Positions 1-9,157 of a DNA stretch of 48,686 nucleotides are shown here, piece after piece. The position numbers were made by a program, and so were the translations under genes. The stretch comes from a virus. Lineage: Duplodnaviria > Heunggongvirae > Uroviricota > Caudoviricetes. Within the stretch, counting starts at the first letter, position 1, and each line of letters begins with the position of its first letter. The stretch is taken from the IMG/VR virus record IMGVR_UViG_643348546_000001; one strand, given 5' to 3'. The notes beneath the pieces were generated by a model. The model searched no databases. It saw only the letters and a list, made by a program, of their open reading frames with translations, and was not told the DNA's origin.

Positions 1-1071
1 TTATTTGATTTCAATTTTGTCCCACTCCCTGCCTCTGTCATCACGATACTGTGATGCCATGGTGTCCGACTTATGCCCGAGAAGATGTTGAGCAAACTTA
101 TCGCTTATCTGCTTCTCATAGAGTCTTGCAGACAAACTGCGCAACTCGTGAAAGGTAGGCGGATCCCCTTCGAAGGAAAGACCTGATGCTTTTCGTGCGC
201 GCATAAAATACCTTGATACTGTGCCGGATGAAAGCGGTTCGCGACGAGTAGATGCAATTATGGTTTCTCCGCCAAGAATCTCTTTGCATTTATCAAGTGT
301 TTCCTTCATTGATATTCCGAGAGCATCAACATGCAATGCTGTTGGGATGGCAATTTTTACGCCTGTTTTGCTTTGCTCGACATAAAGATATCCATCTACG
401 ATATCAGACCACTTCATTTCGCATAAATCACCAACTCGTTGCCCGGTAACAACAGCCAGTTCCATTGCAAGTCTGAGCCAACATGGTAATGATTCTGCTG
501 CTTGATAAATTTTCAGGTATTCGTCAGCCGTAAGTCTTGATCTCCTTACCTCTGATTTTGCTGCGCGAGTGGCAGCGACAGGGTTTGTTGTTATATGGCC
601 TTCAGCTATTGCCTCTCGGAATGCATCGCTCAGTGTTGATCTGATTAACTTGGCTGACGCCGCCTTGCCCTCGTCTATGTATCCATTGAGCATTGCCGCA
701 ATTTCTTTTGTGGTGATGTCTTCAAGTGGAGCATCAGGCAGACCCCTCCTTATTGCTTTAATTTTGCTCATGTAATTTATGAGTGTCTTCTGCTTGATTC
801 CTCTGCTGGCCAGGATTTTTTCGTAGCGATCAAGCCATGAATGTAACGTAACGGAATTATCACTGTTGATTCTCGCTGTCAGAGGCTTGTGTTTGTGTCC
901 TGAAAATAACTCAATGTTGGCCTGTATAGCTTCAGTGATTGCGATTCGCCTGTCTCGGCCTAATCCAAACTCTTTACCCGTCCTTGGGTCCCTGTAGCAG
1001 TAATATCCATTGTTTCTTATATAAAGGTTAGGGGGTAAATCCCGGCGCTCATGACTTCGCCTTCTTCCCAT
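1..1071 (-). CDS. int: Tyrosine site-specific recombinase (integrase), lambda Int type
   Basis: 356-aa ORF; near-identical to remembered lambda Int along the whole length (N-terminal MGRRRSHERRDLPPNLYIRNNGYY, C-terminal HELRSLSARLYEKQ...LLGH...Y catalytic region). Confidence 0.97.
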   Translation of the reverse strand: MGRRRSHERRDLPPNLYIRNNGYYCYRDPRTGKEFGLGRDRRIAITEAIQANIELFSGHKHKPLTARINSDNSVTLHSWLDRYEKILASRGIKQKTLINYMSKIKAIRRGLPDAPLEDITTKEIAAMLNGYIDEGKAASAKLIRSTLSDAFREAIAEGHITTNPVAATRAAKSEVRRSRLTADEYLKIYQAAESLPCWLRLAMELAVVTGQRVGDLCEMKWSDIVDGYLYVEQSKTGVKIAIPTALHVDALGISMKETLDKCKEILGGETIIASTRREPLSSGTVSRYFMRARKASGLSFEGDPPTFHELRSLSARLYEKQISDKFAQHLLGHKSDTMASQYRDDRGREWDKIEIK

Positions 1072-1267
1072 TTCTGATCCTCTTCAAAAGGCTACCTGTT
1101 ACTGGTCGATTTAAGTCAACCTTTACCGCTGATTCGTGGAACAGATATTCTCTTCCATCCTTAACCGGAGGAGGGAATATCCTGCATTCGCGCACCCATC
1201 GACGAACTGTTTCAAGGCTTCTTGGGCGTCGCTGGCGAGCGTTCCACTCCTGAAGTGTCAAGTACAT
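1049..1267 (-). CDS. xis: Excisionase
   Basis: 72-aa ORF overlapping the int start as in lambda; sequence MYLTLQEWNARQRRPRSLETVRRWVRECRIFPPP matches lambda Xis. Confidence 0.95.
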   Translation of the reverse strand: MYLTLQEWNARQRRPRSLETVRRWVRECRIFPPPVKDGREYLFHESAVKVDLNRPVTGSLLKRIRNGKKAKS

Positions 1268-1561
1268 CGCAAAGTCTCCGCAATTACACGCAAGAAAAAA
1301 CCGCCATCAGGCGGCTTGGTGTTCTTTCAGTTCTTCAATTCGAATATTGGTTACGTCTGCATGTGCTATCTGCGCCCACAGCATCCAGTGGTCATAGCAG
1401 TCGCTGATGTTCTCGGCTTCGATAACTCTGTTGAATGGTTCTCCATTCTATTCACCTGTAACTCGGAAGTGCATTTATCATCGCCATAAAACAAAACTCG
1501 CCGTAGCGAGTTCAGATAAAAGAAAACCCGCATGACCTGCCCCCACGATTAGATACAACAC

Positions 1562-2395
1562 TCAGTTAGTAACGTCGGAATCTTCATTCTCAGAATGACC
1601 CTTTCTCCAGCCCGCTGCAAATTCAGACGGTGTCTGATAATTCAGCGTGGAGTGCGGGCGGCATTCGTTATAATCCTGCCGCCAGTCATTAATAATTTTC
1701 CTGGCATGAACGATATCGCTGAACCAGTGCTCATTCAAACATTCATCGCGAAATCGTCCGTTAAAGCTCTCAATAAATCCGTTCTGCGTTGGCTTGCCCG
1801 GCTGGATTAAGCGCAACTCAACACCATGCTCAAAGGCCCATTGATCCAGTGCACGGCAAGTGAACTCCGGCCCCTGGTCAGTTCTTATCGTCGCCGGATA
1901 GCCTCGAAACAGTGCAATGCTGTCCAGAATACGCGTGACCTGAACGCCTGAAATCCCAAAGGCAACAGTGACCGTCAGGCATTCCTTTGTGAAATCATCG
2001 ACGCAGGTAAGACACTTGATCCTGCGACCGGTGGAAAGTGCGTCCATGACGAAATCCATCGACCAGGTCAGATTGGGCGCCGCCGGACGGAGCAGCGGCA
2101 GACGTTCTGTTGCCAGCCCTTTACGACGTCTTCTGCGTTTTACGCCCAGGCCACTGAGGTGATAAAGCCGGTACACGCGCTTATGATTAACATGAAGCCC
2201 TTCACGGCGCAGCAACTGCCAAATACGACGGTAGCCAAAACGCCTGCGCTCCAGTGCCAGCTCAGTGATGCGCCCTGATAAATGCGCATCAGCAGCCGGA
2301 CGGTGAGCCTCATAGCGGCAGGTCGACAGGGATAAACCTGTAAGCCTGCAGGCACGACGTTGCGACAGACCGGTCGCATCACACATCAACATCAC
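1562..2395 (-). CDS. IS3-family transposase OrfB (DDE integrase-like catalytic domain)
   Basis: 277-aa ORF with a non-ATG (GTG) start; its frame is open upstream to about 2455 and overlaps the orfA end in the -1 frame, consistent with programmed frameshifting; DDE-type motifs ([15 protein letters not shown]). Confidence 0.85.
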   Translation of the reverse strand: MMLMCDATGLSQRRACRLTGLSLSTCRYEAHRPAADAHLSGRITELALERRRFGYRRIWQLLRREGLHVNHKRVYRLYHLSGLGVKRRRRRKGLATERLPLLRPAAPNLTWSMDFVMDALSTGRRIKCLTCVDDFTKECLTVTVAFGISGVQVTRILDSIALFRGYPATIRTDQGPEFTCRALDQWAFEHGVELRLIQPGKPTQNGFIESFNGRFRDECLNEHWFSDIVHARKIINDWRQDYNECRPHSTLNYQTPSEFAAGWRKGHSENEDSDVTN

Positions 2396-2418
2396 GGCTT
2401 CCCGCTTCTGGTCTGTCG

Positions 2419-2682
2419 TCAGTACTTTCGCCCAAGAGCCACCTGAAGCGCCTCTTTATCCAGCATGGCTTCGGCAAGCAGCTTCTTGAGTCTGGCGTTC
2501 TCTTCCTCAAGCGACTTCAGGCGCTTAACTTCAGGCACCTCCATACCGCCATACTTCTTACGCCAGGTGTAAAACGTGGCATCGGAAATGGCATGCTTGC
2601 GGCAGAGTTCACGGGCGGGTACCCCAGCTTCGGCTTCGCGGAGAATACTGATGATCTGTTCGTCGGAAAAACGCTTCTTCAT
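2419..2682 (-). CDS. IS3-family transposase OrfA (HTH DNA-binding, leucine-zipper-like C-terminus)
   Basis: 87-aa ORF; HTH-like N-terminus and heptad leucines ([20 protein letters not shown]) typical of IS3-family OrfA. Confidence 0.85.
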   Translation of the reverse strand: MKKRFSDEQIISILREAEAGVPARELCRKHAISDATFYTWRKKYGGMEVPEVKRLKSLEEENARLKKLLAEAMLDKEALQVALGRKY

Positions 2683-2788
2683 GGGGATGTCCTCATGTGG
2701 CTTATGAAGACATTACTAACATCGGGGTGTACTAATCAACGGGGAGCAGGTCACGCACTCGGCGGGTTCGCATTCGTTCAAATTGCGT

Positions 2789-3070
2789 TTACTTCTTGGC
2801 GTTCTGTTCATCCATATCGATATACCATGGGTTGCTTCCCTTGGGCATGTTTAACGACTGCTCGCGATAGTATCTGATGCGCTCCATGAAATACTCGCGT
2901 GAGTGCTCAGGTTGCTCTCATGATACCTGCTCAGTGATAACAGGTATGTTAAGGCGCTCTCTGTACTCCATGCCTGATGCTGCAAGGTCAACGTTTACCT
3001 TGTTCTGTTTTTCTTTCGATTTCTCGGCGATGTTATGCCTGACATTGTCAACCCGCCTCCTTCTGAACAT
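2789..3070 (-). pseudogene. Small ORF (about 93 codons) interrupted by one in-frame TGA; divergent copy of the element at 15080-15328
   Basis: Translation [92 protein letters not shown]; aligns with the TGA-interrupted ORF at 15080-15328 but the stop lies at a different codon. Confidence 0.45.
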
Positions 3071-3332
3071 AACGGTTATAAATCAGTCCCTGAGGGCCAT
3101 AAGGAAGCGGGATGTGCAACTCCTCTGGTTCAGAAACTATCCATTCCCCGGCCATCTCCGCTGGAGAGGTAATGATAAGTTGTTTGCTAATAAAAGGACC
3201 ACTCCTCTCAACAACAAGCTTACCATCTTCATTAATAAAAGCTTGGATGTCAGGTGTGCTTCCACACTTGGTGATGCAGCGTTTGAACATTTTGTGTCCC
3301 CCCATTTTATGGACGGGGTAATTATAACACAT
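3048..3332 (-). CDS. Hypothetical protein (start uncertain)
   Basis: 94-aa ORF in the sense orientation of the leftward early operon; its C-terminus (NRYVQKEAG) resembles the C-terminus of the 250-aa protein at 14316-15068 (NNVYAPKKE). Confidence 0.3.
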   Translation of the reverse strand: MCYNYPVHKMGGHKMFKRCITKCGSTPDIQAFINEDGKLVVERSGPFISKQLIITSPAEMAGEWIVSEPEELHIPLPYGPQGLIYNRYVQKEAG

Positions 3333-3416
3333 TGAAATATAGTAATATTTGACGTAGATTTCTTTTGATCTATAAGCGATTTTTTAATGCTTTTAAGTTA
3401 TAAATACTTGTTTTCA

Positions 3417-3992
3417 TCACCCATCTTGCTGCGGTGCTACTATTGAAAAGTACTCACACCCTTTAGCCCAAATAGTTTTGATAGTTGTCCAACTGACTGG
3501 AACCTTGATTTCGATTCTTCCGCTGCCGTCACAAGTTTCGCAATCATCATCACCAAAGCATTCCGGGCAGCTTATAAACGTAGTTTCTGAAAATTCACCG
3601 GATAGCACACCCTTAGCGCCGTTCTCAGCGGTTAGTTTCTTCGGCACTATAACCCAACCATCCGGAGTTACCGGAGAGTTGCCATTTATATCGAAGTTTG
3701 GCTCTGCGTCCTGAACCAGGAGGATGTAACCATTCTTGGCAGTATCAAGTTCTAACGCCTCGGTGACGGTACCGAAATAGCGATTACCTAAATCCGCATC
3801 ACAAGTGCTTACATCAATGGAAACCTCCATGCCTTCGATTAATTCTGGCAAGTTGTAAGTTTGGCTTACAGGTTCTGCTCCCAGTGATGCCAGTGCAATT
3901 CGTGCCAGTTCCATTTGTTCGCCACGAGTAAGCCCGTTTTCAAGCGGATTTTTAATGAACAATTCAATACGTTCTTTGGTAATAGTGGTCAT
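3417..3992 (-). CDS. Hypothetical protein with C-terminal CxxC...CxxC zinc-ribbon-like motif
   Basis: 191-aa ORF in the leftward early operon; CPECFGDDDCETCDGSG near the C-terminus; no family recognised. Confidence 0.55.
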   Translation of the reverse strand: MTTITKERIELFIKNPLENGLTRGEQMELARIALASLGAEPVSQTYNLPELIEGMEVSIDVSTCDADLGNRYFGTVTEALELDTAKNGYILLVQDAEPNFDINGNSPVTPDGWVIVPKKLTAENGAKGVLSGEFSETTFISCPECFGDDDCETCDGSGRIEIKVPVSWTTIKTIWAKGCEYFSIVAPQQDG

Positions 3993-4002
3993 TTGTTAGT
4001 CC

Positions 4003-4758
4003 TTAAACTGCTAGTTGCAATTGCATTTCAAAGCGGTCGCGTTGTTCACAATACGCAAGAGAACCAGGGCTATTGTGTGCCTCAATCCGTTCTACCATTA
4101 ATGCTGCGCGTGTCTCTTTACTTGCAGGTGCATAAGCCCCAGACCAGGCTTTATCAATACCGATGTTTCGAGCGACGTTCGTACTATCTGCGCTGGCTAA
4201 GGGTAATTTTGTGAATATCAGCGGATTTAACATGCGCAATCCATGTAGTTTCGTAACCGGCTGACCATGCCCATCAACAATGTGACGAATCAGGTCTTTC
4301 ATTCTGGCTACCGCAAGAGTTGGGCGCTTTACGTCATAGTCGCCACAACTACCGATAGCCACTCGCGGAAACTCATTGCACAAATGAATAAATCGCTCGT
4401 CACTTTCATTCATGTGCCACACTGGAACGCCAGCTAGTTTTCCGTGAGGCCACTCATTCAGAAGCGCATCATTTTCCTCCTCTCCGCCATCAATAACATC
4501 CGGGATAATGGCAAAATCGAATCCTGGGTGATTCTTCCAGCGAGCAACAAAATCGTAGTAATCGCTCCAGTCGATTTTGTTTTTGCCAGCTGCTTTCCAG
4601 GCGGTGAATGCACCGTTGTCCAGCGCGAACGACTGACAGTATTCAGCCGCGAGATTGATCTGGCCTGAATGCGCAAAACTGATAAACGCATGTCGCCCTT
4701 TCCATGCTCTCATTGCGCACGTATCAGGAGTAATAGGCCCACCGTGGTAGTGAATCAT
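4003..4758 (-). CDS. Hypothetical protein (251 aa from the RBS-supported start)
   Basis: ORF 4003-4800; the internal ATG at 4758 is preceded by AAGGAG and sits 1 nt after the upstream gene's stop, so that start is preferred; no family recognised. Confidence 0.55.
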   Translation of the reverse strand: MIHYHGGPITPDTCAMRAWKGRHAFISFAHSGQINLAAEYCQSFALDNGAFTAWKAAGKNKIDWSDYYDFVARWKNHPGFDFAIIPDVIDGGEEENDALLNEWPHGKLAGVPVWHMNESDERFIHLCNEFPRVAIGSCGDYDVKRPTLAVARMKDLIRHIVDGHGQPVTKLHGLRMLNPLIFTKLPLASADSTNVARNIGIDKAWSGAYAPASKETRAALMVERIEAHNSPGSLAYCEQRDRFEMQLQLAV

Positions 4759-4759
4759 C

Positions 4760-5167
4760 TCACTCTCCTTTGATGCGAATGCCAGTAGCGCGGATTGCAT
4801 CGATGACTTCAGAAACTTTGTATGCCATTACCGTTTGGTAATCATCGTGAAAATCTGTTCGATGAAGCATGCTGCTACGTTCCGGGAGCAGTATTTCCCG
4901 CGCTTCCAATTCTGCAATGCGCTTTTTTGCTGCTTCCAGTGCATCCAGTAATTCCAGCACGGTAGCCGGATTAGCCTTGGCAACAAAATCCCGGACTGGC
5001 TTACAATCAATCTCCGCAATGGGTTGATACGATGTGTAGCCATGCTGTCTTGTATAACTACCGTGACGAATAACGAAAAAATCACCATTTATTTTTTTAG
5101 CCTGCCACTTATCTTCACCGGCTTTCTCTGCCGCTTCACGCAGTGCCTGAGAGTTAATTTCGCTCAC
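4760..5167 (-). CDS. Ea22-like protein (C-terminal Ead/Ea22 domain)
   Basis: 135-aa ORF; PATVLELLDALEAAKKRIAELEA and the C-terminal GIRIKGE match the remembered lambda Ea22 C-terminal region. Confidence 0.65.
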   Translation of the reverse strand: MSEINSQALREAAEKAGEDKWQAKKINGDFFVIRHGSYTRQHGYTSYQPIAEIDCKPVRDFVAKANPATVLELLDALEAAKKRIAELEAREILLPERSSMLHRTDFHDDYQTVMAYKVSEVIDAIRATGIRIKGE

Positions 5168-5385
5168 TTCGAACCTCTCTGTTTACTGATAAGCTCCAGA
5201 TCTTGCTGGCAACTGGCACAAGTCCGACAACCCTGAACGGCCAGTCGTCTTCGTTCATCTATCGGATCGCCACACTCACAACAATGAGTGGCAGATATAG
5301 CCTGGTGGTTCAGGCGGCGCATTTTTATTGCTGTGTTGCGCTGTAATTCTTCAATTTCTGATGCTGAATCAATTATGTCTGCCAT
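5164..5385 (-). CDS. DksA/TraR-family C4 zinc-finger protein
   Basis: 73-aa ORF with CCECGDPIDERRRLAVQGCRTCASC (CxxC-N17-CxxC); near-identical to the lambda gene at the same position. Confidence 0.8.
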   Translation of the reverse strand: MADIIDSASEIEELQRNTAIKMRRLNHQAISATHCCECGDPIDERRRLAVQGCRTCASCQQDLELISKQRGSK

Positions 5386-5483
5386 CTTTCATTAATCCCT
5401 GAATTGTTGGTTAATACGCTTGAGGGTGAATGCGAATAATAAAAAAGGAGCCTGTAGCTCCCTGATGATTTTGCTTTTCATGT

Positions 5484-5699
5484 TCACCGTTCCTTAAAGA
5501 CGCCGTTCAACATGCCGATCGCCAGGCTTAAATGAGTCGGTGTGAATCCCATCAGCGTTACCGTTTCGCGGTGCTTCTTTAGTACGCTACGGCAAATGTC
5601 ATCGACGTTTTTATCCGGAAACTGCTGTCTGGCTTTTTTGATTTCAGAATTAGCCTGACGGGCAATGCTGCGAAGGGCGTTTTCTTGCTGAGGTGTCAT
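5484..5699 (-). CDS. Lambda orf61-like small protein
   Basis: 71 aa from the ATG at 5699 (MTPQQENALRSIARQANSEIKKARQQF...); lambda-like position and sequence. Confidence 0.6.
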   Translation of the reverse strand: MTPQQENALRSIARQANSEIKKARQQFPDKNVDDICRSVLKKHRETVTLMGFTPTHLSLAIGMLNGVFKER

Positions 5700-5775
5700 T
5701 GAACAAGCCCCATGTCGGCAAGCATAAGCACACAGAATATGAAGCCCGCTGCCAGAAAAATGCATTCAGTGGTTG

Positions 5776-5967
5776 TCATACCTGGTCTCTCTCATCTGCT
5801 TCTGCTTTCGCCACCATCATTTCCAGCTTTTGTGAAAGGGATGTGGCTAACGTATGAAATTCTTCGTCTGTTTCTACTGGTATTGGCACAAACCTGACTC
5901 CAATTTGAGCAAGGCTATGTGCCATCTCAATACTCGTTCTTAACTCAACAGGAGATGCTTTGTGCAT
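5776..5967 (-). CDS. Lambda orf63-like protein (DUF1391 family)
   Basis: 63-aa [26 protein letters not shown]...; matches the lambda orf63 family. Confidence 0.65.
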   Translation of the reverse strand: MHKASPVELRTSIEMAHSLAQIGVRFVPIPVETDEEFHTLATSLSQKLEMMVAKAEADERDQV

Positions 5968-6128
5968 ACCGTCTCCCGTTTATTATTTATCTTCTCAGCC
6001 AGCCGCTGTGCTTTCAGTGGATTTCTGATAACAGAAAGGCCGGGAAATACCCAGCCTCGCTTCTTAACGGAGTAGACGAAAGTGATCGTGCCTACGCGGA
6101 TATTATCGTGAGGATGTTTCATCGCCAT
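5940..6128 (-). CDS. Lambda orf60a-like small protein
   Basis: 62-aa [34 protein letters not shown]... immediately downstream of exo in the early-left operon. Confidence 0.6.
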   Translation of the reverse strand: MAMKHPHDNIRVGTITFVYSVKKRGWVFPGLSVIRNPLKAQRLAEKINNKRETVCTKHLLLS

Positions 6129-6799
6129 TGCTCCCCAAATACAAAACCAATTTCAGCCAGTGCCTCGTCCATTTTTTCGATGAACTCCGGCACCATCTCG
6201 TCAAAACTCGCTATATACTTTTCATTCCGCTCAATCACGACATAATGCAGGCCTTCACGCTTCATACGCGGGTCATAGTTGGCAAAGTACCAGGCATCTT
6301 TTCGCGTCACCCACATGCTGTACTGCACCTGGGCCATGTAAGCCGACTTTATGGCCTCGAAACCACCGAGCCGGAATTTCATGAAATCCCGGGAGGTAAA
6401 CGGGCATTTCAGCTCAAGGCCATTGCCGTCACTGCATAAACCATCGGGAGAGCAGGCGGTGCGCATACTTTCGTCGCGATAGATGATCGGGGATTCAATA
6501 ACATTTACGCCGGAAGTGAACTCAAACAGGGTTCTGGCGTCGTTCTCGTACTGTTTTCCCCAGGCCAGCGCTTTAGCGTTAACTTCCGGAGCCACACCGG
6601 TGCAAACCTCAGCTAGCAGGGTGTGGAAGTAGGACATTTTCATGTCAGGCCACTTCTTTCCTGATCGGGGCTTTGCTATCACGTTGTGAACTTCTGAAGC
6701 GGTGATGACGCCGAGCCGTAATTTGTGCCATGCATCATCCCCCTGTTCGACAGCTCTCACGTCGATCCCGGTACGCTGCAGGATAATGTCCGGTGTCAT
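6119..6799 (-). CDS. exo: Lambda exonuclease (Red alpha)
   Basis: 226-aa ORF near-identical to lambda Exo ([40 protein letters not shown]...). Confidence 0.97.
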   Translation of the reverse strand: MTPDIILQRTGIDVRAVEQGDDAWHKLRLGVITASEVHNVIAKPRSGKKWPDMKMSYFHTLLAEVCTGVAPEVNAKALAWGKQYENDARTLFEFTSGVNVIESPIIYRDESMRTACSPDGLCSDGNGLELKCPFTSRDFMKFRLGGFEAIKSAYMAQVQYSMWVTRKDAWYFANYDPRMKREGLHYVVIERNEKYIASFDEMVPEFIEKMDEALAEIGFVFGEQWR

Positions 6800-7581
6800 G
6801 CTGCCACCTTCTGCTCAGTGGCTTTCTGTTTCAGGAATCCAAGAGCTTTCACTGCTTCGGCCTGTGTCAGTTCTGACGATGCGCGAATGTCGCGGCGAAA
6901 TATCTGGGAACAGAGCGGCAATAAGTCGTCATCCCATGTTTTATCCAGGGCGATCAGCAGAGTGTTAATCTCCTGCATGGTTTCATCGTTAACCGGAGTG
7001 ATGTCGCGTTCCGGCTGACGTTCTGCAGTGTATGCAGTATTTTCGACAATGCGCTCGGCTTCATCCTTGTCATAGATACCAGCAAATCCGAAGGCCAGAC
7101 GGGCACACTGAATCATGGCTTTATGCCGTAACATCCGTTTGGGATGCGACTGCCACGGTCCGGTGATTTCTCTGCCTTCGCGGGTTTTGAATGGTTCGCG
7201 GCGGCATTCATCCATCCACTCGGTAACGCAGATCGGATGATTGCGGTCTTTGCGGTAAATCCGGCATGTGCAGGATTCGTTGTCCTGTTCAAAGTCCATG
7301 CCGTCAAACTGCTGGTTTTCGTTGATGATGCGGGACCAGCCATCAACGCCCACCACCGGAACGATGCCGTTCTGCTTATCAGGGAAGGCGTAAATTTCTT
7401 TCGTCCACGGATTAAGGCCGTACTGGTTGGCGACGATCAACAATGCGATGAACTGCGCATCGCTGGCATCACCTTTAAATGCTGTCTGGCGAAGAGTGGT
7501 GATCAGTTCCTGTGGGTCGACAGAATCCATGCCGACACGTTCAGCCAGCTTCCCAGCCAGCGTTGCGAGTGCTGTACTCAT
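6796..7581 (-). CDS. bet: Recombination protein Bet (Red beta, single-strand annealing)
   Basis: 261-aa ORF near-identical to lambda Bet; 4-nt overlap with exo. Confidence 0.97.
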   Translation of the reverse strand: MSTALATLAGKLAERVGMDSVDPQELITTLRQTAFKGDASDAQFIALLIVANQYGLNPWTKEIYAFPDKQNGIVPVVGVDGWSRIINENQQFDGMDFEQDNESCTCRIYRKDRNHPICVTEWMDECRREPFKTREGREITGPWQSHPKRMLRHKAMIQCARLAFGFAGIYDKDEAERIVENTAYTAERQPERDITPVNDETMQEINTLLIALDKTWDDDLLPLCSQIFRRDIRASSELTQAEAVKALGFLKQKATEQKVAA

Positions 7582-7586
7582 CCGTT

Positions 7587-7883
7587 TTATACCTCTGAAT
7601 CAATATCAACCTGATGGTGAGCAATGGTTTCAACCATGTACCGGATGTGTTCTGCCATGCGCTCCTGAAACTCAACATCGTCATCAAATGCACGGGTAAT
7701 GGCTTTTTTGCTGGCCCCGCAGCGTTGTAAATGATCGATGCAGAGCGATTCAAACAAATGCTGGGGCAGGCCTTTTTCCATGTCGTCTGCCAGTTCTGCC
7801 TCTTTCTCTTCACGGGCGATCTGCTGGTAGTGACGCGCCCAGCTCTGAGCCTCAAGACGATCCTGAATGTAATAAGCATTCAT
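7587..7883 (-). CDS. gam: Host-nuclease (RecBCD) inhibitor Gam
   Basis: 98-aa ORF matching lambda Gam ([21 protein letters not shown]...VDIDSEV); the lambda upstream extension (MDINTET...) is absent. Confidence 0.95.
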   Translation of the reverse strand: MNAYYIQDRLEAQSWARHYQQIAREEKEAELADDMEKGLPQHLFESLCIDHLQRCGASKKAITRAFDDDVEFQERMAEHIRYMVETIAHHQVDIDSEV

Positions 7884-7959
7884 GGCTGAACTCCTGAAAA
7901 TGGCTGTGAAAATATCGCCCGCGAAATGCCAGGCTGATTAGGAAAACAGGAAAGGGGGG

Positions 7960-8250
7960 TTAGTGATTCAGGCCGTTACCGCGTCCGTCGAGAAAAACTT
8001 CCACGAGCAAATCACGGGTATAAGTGCGCTCGATGCCGCGATGCAGATAAAGCCGTCCGCGTAAATTAGCTGATGCAGTCCAGGTACCATCTTTGTGTTT
8101 GACCAGCATTCCTGGCATGACCGCACCTCGATTAACGGTCTGCGTTCCGTAATGTTGATGAACCATAAAAACTCCTGCCCGTAAGCTGGGCTGCTGAACA
8201 TATAAAGACTTCTGCGCGTATTCAGGCGGTGGATGGCCGCCGGTTGTCAT
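7960..8250 (-). CDS. Hypothetical protein at the kil/cIII position (start uncertain)
   Basis: ORF 7960-8370 begins with TTG; first ATG at 8250 gives 96 aa (MTTGGHPPPEYAQ...GRGNGLNH); C-terminus differs from lambda Kil (...SKSIH). Confidence 0.35.
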   Translation of the reverse strand: MTTGGHPPPEYAQKSLYVQQPSLRAGVFMVHQHYGTQTVNRGAVMPGMLVKHKDGTWTASANLRGRLYLHRGIERTYTRDLLVEVFLDGRGNGLNH

Positions 8251-8439
8251 AACTAAGCCGCCTCGTTGAAGCGACTGAGGTATGAAGTGTTGAGTTGATT
8301 TCAGCTGGTCACACCGACGTTCACGCGTCCGCTTCACCCCTCGCACTCCCCGGAGCCTGCTGAAATTCAAGCTGCGGATCTAAGCGGTCATCGCAACGGT
8401 GAATCAGGTGATTGCCGTATCGTTGTGTTGTTGCGACAT

Positions 8440-8500
8440 GGTGATAATAGCTATTGCTATTGATGATATCAATACTTATTGCTATTGCTAGATGTGTTTT
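8440..8500 (-). promoter_or_regulatory. Putative PL promoter with operator repeats (OL)
   Basis: On the minus strand: -35 TTGATA, 17-nt spacer TCATCAATAGCAATAGC, -10 TATTAT; spacer and flanks carry the TTGCTATTGCT / TAGC-N4-GCTA motifs also found in the cI-cro intergenic region. Confidence 0.55.
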
Positions 8501-8644
8501 GATATTAAATATTTGATAGCAAAAAGAATTAATTTTGTGACTTGCATCGCATAGCGATAACTGAAGCGGGGTTGTGGTGGTTTTTTGAACGGTGTGTGTG
8601 ATGAGGGGAGGCAAAAGAAAACCCGGCACGGTGGCCGGGACGTT

Positions 8645-9157
8645 TTATTTCAAAGAAAAATTATGACTAGCGTATCTTGGAAGAAATTCATATAGTGTTA
8701 ATGTCTTAACGCCGTGAGAAGCAGCCGCATCCGGGATCATTATTCTTTTTTTAGGTTTGCCACCGGATGGTTTCTCATGGGTAATAATAGTATATCCATG
8801 TGTCATCGCATGGGCTATTAAAAAAGCATCTGCTTTTTCATGGCTTGCAAAATCAAACTTTGCCTTTTCGGTAACATCTAATTTAGTTGACCAATTTATT
8901 AACTTTGCATAATTTTCTATTGAACTATGCTCATCTTCGAAGAATGATGATGGTAACTCTTCTTTAATCCATTTACACAATGGATCATCTTTTGCACATA
9001 GTTCTTTTTTTACAGCATTAATGCTATAAATCAGACCATTAATGTGTAAAGCGAGAAGAAAATCCCAAAATATTTTGCAATAATTGAAGTTATATGCAAA
9101 GTTTTTTGCCTCTATGAAGACATTACTATCAATTAAGAATTTTCCATTATGAATCAT
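8645..9157 (-). CDS. PIN-like nuclease-fold protein (DUF4411-like), predicted toxin/effector
   Basis: 170-aa ORF; N-terminal FLIDSNVFIE and later acidic/Thr positions (ADAFLIAHAMTHGYTIITHEK) fit a PIN-like pattern; overlaps the upstream gene's stop by 4 nt; very AT-rich. Confidence 0.6.
   Translation of the reverse strand: MIHNGKFLIDSNVFIEAKNFAYNFNYCKIFWDFLLALHINGLIYSINAVKKELCAKDDPLCKWIKEELPSSFFEDEHSSIENYAKLINWSTKLDVTEKAKFDFASHEKADAFLIAHAMTHGYTIITHEKPSGGKPKKRIMIPDAAASHGVKTLTLYEFLPRYASHNFSLK

Larger units (their letters stand above)
1546..2738 (-). mobile_element. IS3-family insertion sequence (about 1.2 kb, two ORFs, imperfect terminal inverted repeats)
   Basis: orfA/orfB pair with orfB in the -1 frame relative to orfA; imperfect inverted repeats GATTAGATACAACACTCAGTTAGTAACG (about 1547-1574) and its partner read on the other strand at about 2711-2737; interrupts lambda-like sequence immediately after xis. 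End coordinates approximate. Confidence 0.8.

Noticed and set aside
1136-1489. 117-aa plus-strand ORF overlapping xis
   Set aside because: Antisense to xis and to lambda-like non-coding sequence; no RBS and no recognisable product.
2877-3335. 152-aa plus-strand ORF near the IS
   Set aside because: It runs antisense to the leftward early operon and overlaps the minus-strand ORFs that show homology to the cargo island at 14316-15328.
4003-4800. Possibility that the 251/265-aa early-left protein is a DpdA-like (tRNA-guanine transglycosylase family) DNA-modification enzyme
   Set aside because: I could not find the zinc-binding CxCxxC...H signature or other motifs I associate with that family; left as hypothetical pending a profile search.
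8321-8629. 102-aa minus-strand ORF across the gam-proximal intergenic region
   Set aside because: It spans the predicted PL promoter and operator repeats, starts with a non-ATG codon on the track, and has low-complexity composition; more likely regulatory DNA.
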